DNA of 64,000 nucleotides from a virus (taxonomy: Duplodnaviria > Caudoviricetes), in the IMG/VR virus record IMGVR_UViG_3300021197_001179, positions 372 to 64,371 of that record, one strand, 5' to 3'. Numbering within the stretch: the first letter of the stretch is position 1; each line of letters begins with the position of its first letter. Under the pieces are notes generated by a model. The model had not been told where the DNA came from and did no database searches. It saw nothing but the letters and a program-made list of their open reading frames with translations. Below, piece by piece: positions 46,101 to 55,100 of this stretch. The position numbers were made by a program, and so were the translations under genes.

Positions 46101-49100
46101 GAGGAAAGAAAAGAAAGCGTGTTGCCTGAACATGACAACTTAGGTATGTCAGATAAAAAATTCAAGCTGAAAAATGAATCATCCTTTGGGGATAAAGGAT
46201 CTGTTGGAGTGTATGTAGATCCAGCTAATGGGTCAGAGGATGTGTTTATGGTTATCCCTGACAGAACTGATGACTCAAATTATATTGGGTATAAAAGAGT
46301 TTACGAAAACGGAAAGCCAACAAATAAGTTTTCTATAAAAGCAGAAATGTCAAACTCTAAAAAGGGTGACACAAAAAAATCTTTTCAAGCCGTATCAGAA
46401 GCACTCCCCGAAGGTCATGTTTTAATTGAAACAGAAAATATATCTTCAGATGGGTTGATTCTTTGGTCTAATCAAATAAAAAACAACTACTCACCTACTG
46501 GCAACGTGTTTGAGGTAGGCGTTAATTTAGAGGGTAAGAAAGTAGTATTGGGAGGTACACGAAGTACGGGAAGTTTCTCAAAGGGCAATTTTACGGAAGA
46601 AGAGTCGGTAAAGGCTGAAAAAGAACTTAATAAACTTATTGAAAATATAGAGGGGGCAAAGGTTGTTAGAAAAAAAATATCACCACCTGGAACGCCTAAT
46701 CTATACCACTTTAGATTAACGCTTCCTGAACTAAAAATAGATGATACGAAAACTACCGAACAAAAACTTGTGGAGGCTGGTGAGCAAGTCAGGGAAGAAC
46801 CTGGGCGAGTTCAAGAGCCGGAAAGCGGCAGAGAAGAGGGAGAGACAAGTGATGTACTTCAAAAACAAGAAGAAGTAGATATTGAAGGAGTAGAAGGAAA
46901 AAAGGTAACCATTTCCGAAGACCATCCTATAGACGAGTTAAATCTCGATCCTGATAGGTTTCAGTACAAGGTAGAAGGCTTAGAGGAAACAGGAGCTACA
47001 GGCTCACTAAAAGGGGTAAGACAATTTAACAAAGAACTAGCAGGAGTTGTTTTAGCTTGGAAAGACCCAGCAGATGGCAAGACTTATGTTGTTAACGGGC
47101 ATAATAGGGTTAATCTAGCAAAACAAACTGGTACAGATGTTATTGATATACGATATATAGAAGCTGATAACGCTCAAGAAGCTAGAGCTTTAGGAGCTTT
47201 AACAAACATAGCTGAAGGCAAAGGAACAGCTTTAGATGCTGCTAAATATTTTAGAGACACTGAAACCACAAAACAAGAATTAGAAGATTTAGGGCTACGC
47301 ATAACAGATAAAATTGCTAACGATGGAATATCTTTATCTAATCTTAGTGATAGACTTTTTGATTTAGTGGCTCAAGGAAAGGTAACAAAAGAAAGGGGAG
47401 TAATCATTGGTGGTAAGATAACAAGCAAAGACGTTCAGGAGCAGGTGTATAAGATGATTACACCAAAAATGACCAATAAGCATTTATCTGAGATAGCAGA
47501 CATGGCTGAAACTGCTCCAAAAGAAACAGCCACAGAGCAGACTCTTTTTGGAGAAACGGAAACTGAGAAAGCAGCTATAATTGAAAAAGCAAAGTTACTG
47601 TCTGATATACGTTCTAAATTAGTTCGTGATAAAAACATTTTTGGTAACGCAGCTAAAAATGCGGAGAGATTAGAAGAAGCTGGAAATAAAATAGCTATAG
47701 AAGAAAGTGCCGACATTAGTAAAGAAGCAGCAACAGTTCTTGGTGTGTTTGATGCTATTAAAAACACAACACCGGAAATAACACAAATAATTAATAACAC
47801 GGTCAAGGAATTAAAAGATGAGAAATCAAGAAAAAAGAGAAAAGAGCTTACAGAGTCAGCTTACTCAAGAATCAAGGAAGCCATACCAGCCGCTATCAAA
47901 GGAGTCGAAAGAAGTAGTGTCCAAAGAGGTGAAGAAGTACCTAAAGATACTGGAGTCGCTAGGGCTGAGAAAGCCGAACCAAAAAAAGTAACTAAGGAAA
48001 AGCCAACTGAATCAGAGATTGAACTAGCTCAAGACCTTCTTAGTGAAATAGAAGCTGAGAAAAAAACCAAAGATACCACACCAAAAACTGAACCTGCACC
48101 AAAAGAGGCTGCTCCTGATGCTAAAACTCAACCCAACGAGCTTTATAAAAAAGTTACGGCTGTTGAGGGTGACCTTAAAGAAACAGAGTATCAGATACAA
48201 GGAAATTCTGATGTTATAAAGAAACGTGGAGGAATTAAAAACAAAAAAGGGGAAGAAACATTTGACAACGGACCAAATACCTTTGAATCAAGATTTAAAG
48301 ATAAGTTTCGTGTTAAAGATCCTGCTTTTGGAGATGCAAGAAATTTAGCAAGAGCAAAGGGCGCAGGGACTACGGGTAAGGTTGTTTCGGACATTAAAAC
48401 AATTGACGGTAAGAGGTTCCTAAGGCTTGCGTTTAATGGAGGAGACACAAGAGGAGGAGCAGCCGCAGGGGTAACCATAAAAATACCTGAAGGTGTTGAT
48501 GTAAAAGTATTTAGCGGCATACATAAGAAAGCGTTTCAAGAGGCAATAGATAAAAATATTGCAGACCCAAAAAACAATGAATACGACAAGGCATATTCTA
48601 CGTATGACTTTATTATGAAAGAGAAGCAGATAATGGCTGACATGAACAAAGCCAAATCTGCTCAAATTTCTAAAATAAAAAAATCCAATGAACCTGTTCC
48701 CGTTAAGGAGAAGCCAGTAACTACCCCTAAAGCAGAGCCTTCCGCACCTAAGATAACTTCAAATGTATCTCTTGGTGTAAGGGGGACTTTGTTTGAACCA
48801 GATAGACCTCTTATTGATAAAGGTGATAAACCAGCTAGACAAATTGATCATATAGATGAATTTGGCGAAGAATATAGAGAATACTACCCAGCATTTGCCT
48901 GGGGACCAGAGTATGGTCCATATAACAAAACCAAAAATGGAGATATATCTTCACACGTATGGTCAAATATTGCAGGTAAACCAACCTTAATTCTTGGTGT
49001 TGTGGGTCCAGAAATGAGAGAGGTTGGAAGACCGTCTTCTGTAGGAACGGTTTTTACTTTTGAAACCGTAGCTGATGCTAGAAAAGCTCAACCTAAAATA

Positions 49101-52100
49101 GAGCAAGACTTTAGAAAATTACTTAAAAGATTTGAAGATAAGCTTAAAGAAGGTCCTAAAGGTTTCGCCCTGCAAGAAGATGTTGCTCCTGTTATACATA
49201 AATGGGCTACGCAATACACAAAACGAAATAACGAACCTGCTCCTAAAGGAGATGTGCCTCAATTTAGAAAGGCAAAGCCCAAAAAGCTAAAGTGGACTAA
49301 GACCGTGGAGAAGTCTATGGCTAGTTCTCCAATTTCAAAGAGAGATGAAACTCTTAGAAAAGCAGTTGTTGATTTAGTTGAGGGTAAGTTGACAATGAAT
49401 GAATTTAGGGAAATTCAGGACAGAGTTTCTCCAACAGGACCAATCGAAACATTCTTCGGTGCTATAACAGAAGCCAGAGCAAAAAGAGCTTTGAGAAAGA
49501 CGCAAGCTGAGAAGTACGGAGACTTCTCTCAGCTAAAAGAAGGTGATTTTGTAGAGGGAAGACTTGATATTCCAGCATACTTAGCTAAAAATGCATGGAT
49601 AGATTCCATACACGAATACAGCAAGGCAACAGGTAGAGCAGGTAAGCCAATATCATACTTACCTGCAATGTACTTTTCGGGAGGGAAAGATGGAAAGGTT
49701 GTGTTTTCTACAGACCCAAGAGATGCCATCAACATAGCTTCTGGTGCTATTCCAAAGTCAACCATAGCCAGAGTTCAGGGCAACTATAAAAAAGTCCCTG
49801 GGGAATGGAATACAATGGATGAAATGGGTAAAGCTGCTGAGAAGTTTTTTGAGCAGGAAATATTCAATAATCCAGAATGGAGGCAAATGGGTATGAATCC
49901 ATTTAGAAGGTCTGATTTTTGGGATAGAGAAAACGGAAGAAGTGTTGAAAGTGCCGATGAAGTTTTTATGATCGGAGGTCTTGTGTATGGAAAGAACATT
50001 GAGTACTCTACCAAATCAAAACTGTTAGAAGATCAAGGAATTGCACTTGAAGGTGCTTTTGGGGTTTCTCAGATAAAATACATTTCTGTTCCAAATCAAA
50101 TAACAAAAGAGGGATTGTTCAAACAGTCTGAGTTGGACGATATTGAATCAAAGACTCCGGAGTTATATCAGGAAATAATAGACCGTAAAACTGTAAACAG
50201 AGATGGAAAAATAAAGTACACTCTAAACATGGTCAATCCTGATGGCAGTAAAGGTGGTCTAAAAATATTAGAAGAAAACCATCCTGACATATACAAAAGG
50301 GTTAAGCCTCTGTTTACCACATTTGTTGGAAAAGGAACTTCTCCTCTACTTGATTCTGAAGGGAACGTAGTAAAGTTTAGTAAACTGCCTATTGATAAGG
50401 AGGGTGTTGAAGCAAGAAAGACTGATGAGACTGTCTCTAATGTGATTGACAACATGAATAGTGTTGAACTCGTCAACGAAGGTGTTGAAGTAGGTAAGCC
50501 GAAAACCACTGACAAAAAGATAGACGTTAAGGCTCTCAACAAAAGGGTTGCGAAGCCATACGAGATTGTAAAATGGGAAGACTTTGAAGGGCTTCCTTTT
50601 GTGTTTACTATAACCGATGCCCTTACAACTGGAAATACAAAAAACCCCAACACAGGAAACACCATAAAAAACCTTTACGGTGGAATCGGATTTACAAACA
50701 GCAAGGGCAATTTAGGAGAAAACGCATGGGCAAGCGTAACTCCAACAGTTAGCGGTAAGTACATTGCAAACGCCTTAGAAGTATACGAAAACAACAAGGA
50801 ACAACTTGATAGGTGGTGGGCTGATAATCCTGAGTACAACGGTCTTGTTCCTATGGCGGTTGTTAAGATGGGTCCAGACGGAATAGTTTCCAACGAGGCA
50901 TTGTTCCGGGTAGCTAATGATAATATAAAGACTCACATCCCACCAGCCAATAGAAAGGCTGCGTTAACAGCCCTTGTGGGTACTGTAAATGCAAGAATAG
51001 CTCAATTAGAAGAGGCTGTCAATAAAGGCAGAACATTAAAATCTTTAGCAAACGAAAAAGCAGGTGAAAAAGTAGAAGGAGGCAAAGCCACTAAGAAAAA
51101 CATAGAGAGCTACGAAAAGCAAATAGGTCAAAACAAAGCCATACTGGATGTTGTAAAGAAAAATAAGATAACCAAAATTGACGGACTTCTTGACACCCTT
51201 ATGGAACTTCCTTTAGGGACAAGGGCTATCGTTTCTAAAAATGTATTCTATGGTGACTTTAAGGCTGAGAAGCCTGGTAAACCAGGAAAGGATGTGGCAA
51301 TAGCTTTATTGGAGGGGCTTGATGTTGATGCAAGAAAGTACATTAACATTAAGAGTCTAGCTGAAATAATAGAGGAAAAATCATTTAGTGACATACCTGA
51401 CTCACACATTGTATCTATTGTAGGAGTTGACGTTCTAAACCCAAAAATAAACGTCACGACAAAAGGTAAACAGATTCTGCGAGAGGATATAAAAAGGTTC
51501 AATAAAGAGGGTAAAAAGGCTGAAGCAAAAAGGCTTCAAGAAATACTTGACAATGCAGGTAAAGCCATACATCCTAACTACCCATTTGCAGTACCCGGCA
51601 GATCCATCGGTATTCTTGAGTCTCCAGTTCACATGGGAGATGCTTTTGCTGAAGCATATGCAAGTGCATTAGCTATAGTCACCAAGAACGAAGCAGAACA
51701 AAAAGCAATAAAAGAAGCTTCTGCTTTAAAACAAGGAATACCGGTTCAAATGGGACTTCCAAACAAAGCTTTTAGAGGTGCTATTGCAAGAACCAAATCA
51801 ACTGAAGTTGACAAACTAATCAGTTTTGCAAACAGGGCTTTCCCTTCTGCAAATGTATTTACATCTCCAGAAGCTTGGGAAAGGATTATGAATCGTCCTA
51901 ATGTCCGAAAAAGGGTTGTTGACGGAGAGACTGTGTATGGACTTACAATCCAGGGGGATATTTATCTCAACCCCAAGTTCAAGGAGTTCAACACACCTAT
52001 TCACGAGTACGGTCACCTTTGGGGGGACATGATTGAGGCTGACAACCCTGCTTTATTTAATAAAGGTAAGGAGCTTGTAAAGCAAACAGAAGCTTACAAG

Positions 52101-55100
52101 AGAAACCTGAAAGAGTCAGAGGAAGTTTACGGTAAAGGAACCAGAGAAGCCGAGATGGATGCTGTTAAAGAAACAATGGCAGAACTTATAGGTGATAAGG
52201 GTGAGAAAATAGCCAACGAAAGTGTAAAACAAGGTTGGAAAGAATGGTTACTTGGTCTTTGGAAATACTTGCAGTCTAAGTTTCCAAACCTTAAATCATT
52301 GACATTAAAGGACATAGAGAACCTTACACTTGACCAATTCCTTGGAGGTGCTTTGAGAGACATTATGTCTGGTAAAGAAATAACTTTTAAGAAGTCTAAG
52401 AATAAGTCTCCTATGAAGAGGAGTGCAAAGGGTGCTAACGAAAATATTTTTGCAGAAAATATTGAAGCAGCTTTAGCAAAAGGCGCATCTCTTGAAGCAA
52501 TAAAGGAAGCGTACAAACGAAAAATAAGACAGGAAAATGTTGGCAATCCTGCTGAAATATCAAGGCTTACAGTTGAGCTTGAAAAGGCTATTGCTCAGTT
52601 CAGCAAAAAGCCATTGGTTGGAAAGAACACACCGACAGACCTACAAGATAAGCTTGGTATTGAGTTTAAAGATGGCAACAAGTTAGAGGTTAACAGAAAA
52701 ACTCTTTCTTCTTGGGTAAACAACACATTTAAGAAAGGTTATTCAGCCGGAGCCAAAGACGAGAGAACCAAAAAGGCTGAAATCAATCGTGTTAAAAAGA
52801 GCATTGAAAATCAGATTGCATCGCTATTGAATACAATGGTCAAAGCTCAAGGAAAGGGATTAATATCAACTCAAAAAAGTCTTGCTATAGTCAATAAGTT
52901 CAGGAAGACAAACCTGTTGAATCCAGATTCAGTCGAAAGATTTGTATCATACTTTGATAATGCGCTTACAAAAGCTGGCTATGTAAAGAAAATAGCTGAA
53001 GCAAACGATTTAAGAAAAAAGATTCGATCAAAGCAAAAAGACGAAAAGGTAGATGTTGCCTTAACAGACGTTGCAAAGAAGTTTACAAAAATAGACCCAA
53101 ACAAGCTGTCTGACATAGATGAATACATCGAAATAGCTAAGAGTGTATTAAATGGTGTAAGTAAATCAAAAGCGGGAAAAGACGGTATTAACTGGAGGTC
53201 TGCTTTTGACATAGACAAAGTAAATAACTACTTGGAATCAAAGTTAAAAGACCAAGAGGAAGAAGCTTTGTCAAGGATGGAAGAGAAGTTTATGAAAACG
53301 TTTGGCATTGACCCTGAAGGTAAGTTCACCAGACAACAGATGATGGAGGCTCTGAAACAAATAAAGGACGAGTCTCTTGATAGAGCCAAGGAAACCAAAA
53401 TAAGAACGGAAGCAGTTAATGTCTTTAACACATACAAGGCAATAATTGAAAGAATGCTTTCAGATAAAGAAGACCCGTTTTCTTTTCCAAAGACAGGTAT
53501 TCCAAGTGTTGACCGAAACACAGAGAAGCTAATTACAAGGTTCGTAAACATGGACCCGAAAAGGCTTGAGATTACTGATTTGATTCAAGCCGTAGATGCC
53601 CTGAATAATTTCTTGGTTAATCAAACAACCGGAGGTCTTGAGAAGATTGTAAGTAGATACGAAGGAGCTACGGGAGTGGAAAGCCTGGTTTTAAAGAAAA
53701 AGATAAAAGCAATTCCGATTAGACTTGGAAGCAAGTTTATAGGTAGAGCAGTAACTGAGAAGATATCTACAATCCCGGTGATGCTTGAGCAAATGTTTGT
53801 TGGTTCAAGAAAAGCTTTAGTTGTTGCAGAAACCTCCGGTTATAGCGATATCTCTGAGGGCAATGCTGCTGCTCTTAAAAACACAGAGAAGGTAAGAGAC
53901 TTATACATAGACAAGTTCAAAAACAAAAAACCTAATGGAGAAAAATTCTCTAGCGCAGCCAATATAACGGAAAGAGGAATGCTTGCCTTTATGATGAGGT
54001 CTACATTAGACAACAATCCTGATAAAATACAGGACACGTTTGATCGAAGAAAAAACCTTATGAAGGAAAACATAGAGGTTTTAAAAGAAGCTATGGGACC
54101 AGAGGGCAGTAGAAACAAGACAAATGAAAAGCTGTATGATCTTTACAAAGAAGCATACGACAAAATCCTTGAGGGTTCCGACAATATTTCCGAGGTACAA
54201 TCAAAAACAGACCCAATTAACAAACAAGCCGTTGATTTTTGGGTTGTAGAGTTCAATAAGATACTCCCTAATTTACAAGCAGTTTCTACAAACATCTACA
54301 ACAGTGAGCTTGTATTAGAGAAATATTACAATCCTGATATTTACAGGACATTAGAACGTACAGGTGGGCAACAATTAGAGTATGATGAATCAAAAGGGTC
54401 TTTCAATGATTTAACATCGGGCATTTACGAAAAGAAGAGTCCAATGATGATTCGGGTTAAAAAGCCAACTAGATTGCCTAAAGAAAGGTACATAAGCCTT
54501 GAATTTGATTTGAATAATATTCACGCTTATGAAGCTGCTTTGGTTGACATCAACACTGCCACCGGTATCCAGGTATATTCTGGGTTTGTAAACAACAAAG
54601 CGTTCTTTAATAAGCTTATCGAAGACCCAAGGGATAGGACTTTGTTCCGGACACGTATGGAACAATACATGCGAGACATAAGAAACAAGAACTACATTAA
54701 CGACCCTTACGGCAGAAAAGTGGTGGAATGGACTGACTTTATATCTAGGGTTGGTACTACACAAGCTCTGGGGGGATTAACTCAGGCTCCTAAACAGTTT
54801 ATTCCTGTAATGGTAAACACTGCCATAAATGCTGGTACTTTAGATTTGAATGTCTCAACATTGTTTAACCCTGATGTCATTGAGGCTATCGCAAATTCAG
54901 GGATGCCAATCGCTAATAGAGGAATAAGGTCTCAGACCCAAATAGAGGGGATGAGAAAACAGCTAAGAAATCTAGCTGCTTTCGAAGGAAACAAAGCAGA
55001 AAAAGCTGTAAAAAATATACAGGATTTCTGGCTTGAGACGTTCCTGAAAAAGCCTGATGTGTTGGCGGCACAATCATCTTTTATCACTTACTATAAAAAA

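Noticed and set aside
48118-48219. Further +1 frame mini-ORF MLKLNPTSFIKKLRLL..
   Set aside because: No A-rich start context and no recognisable motif; typical frame-shift noise
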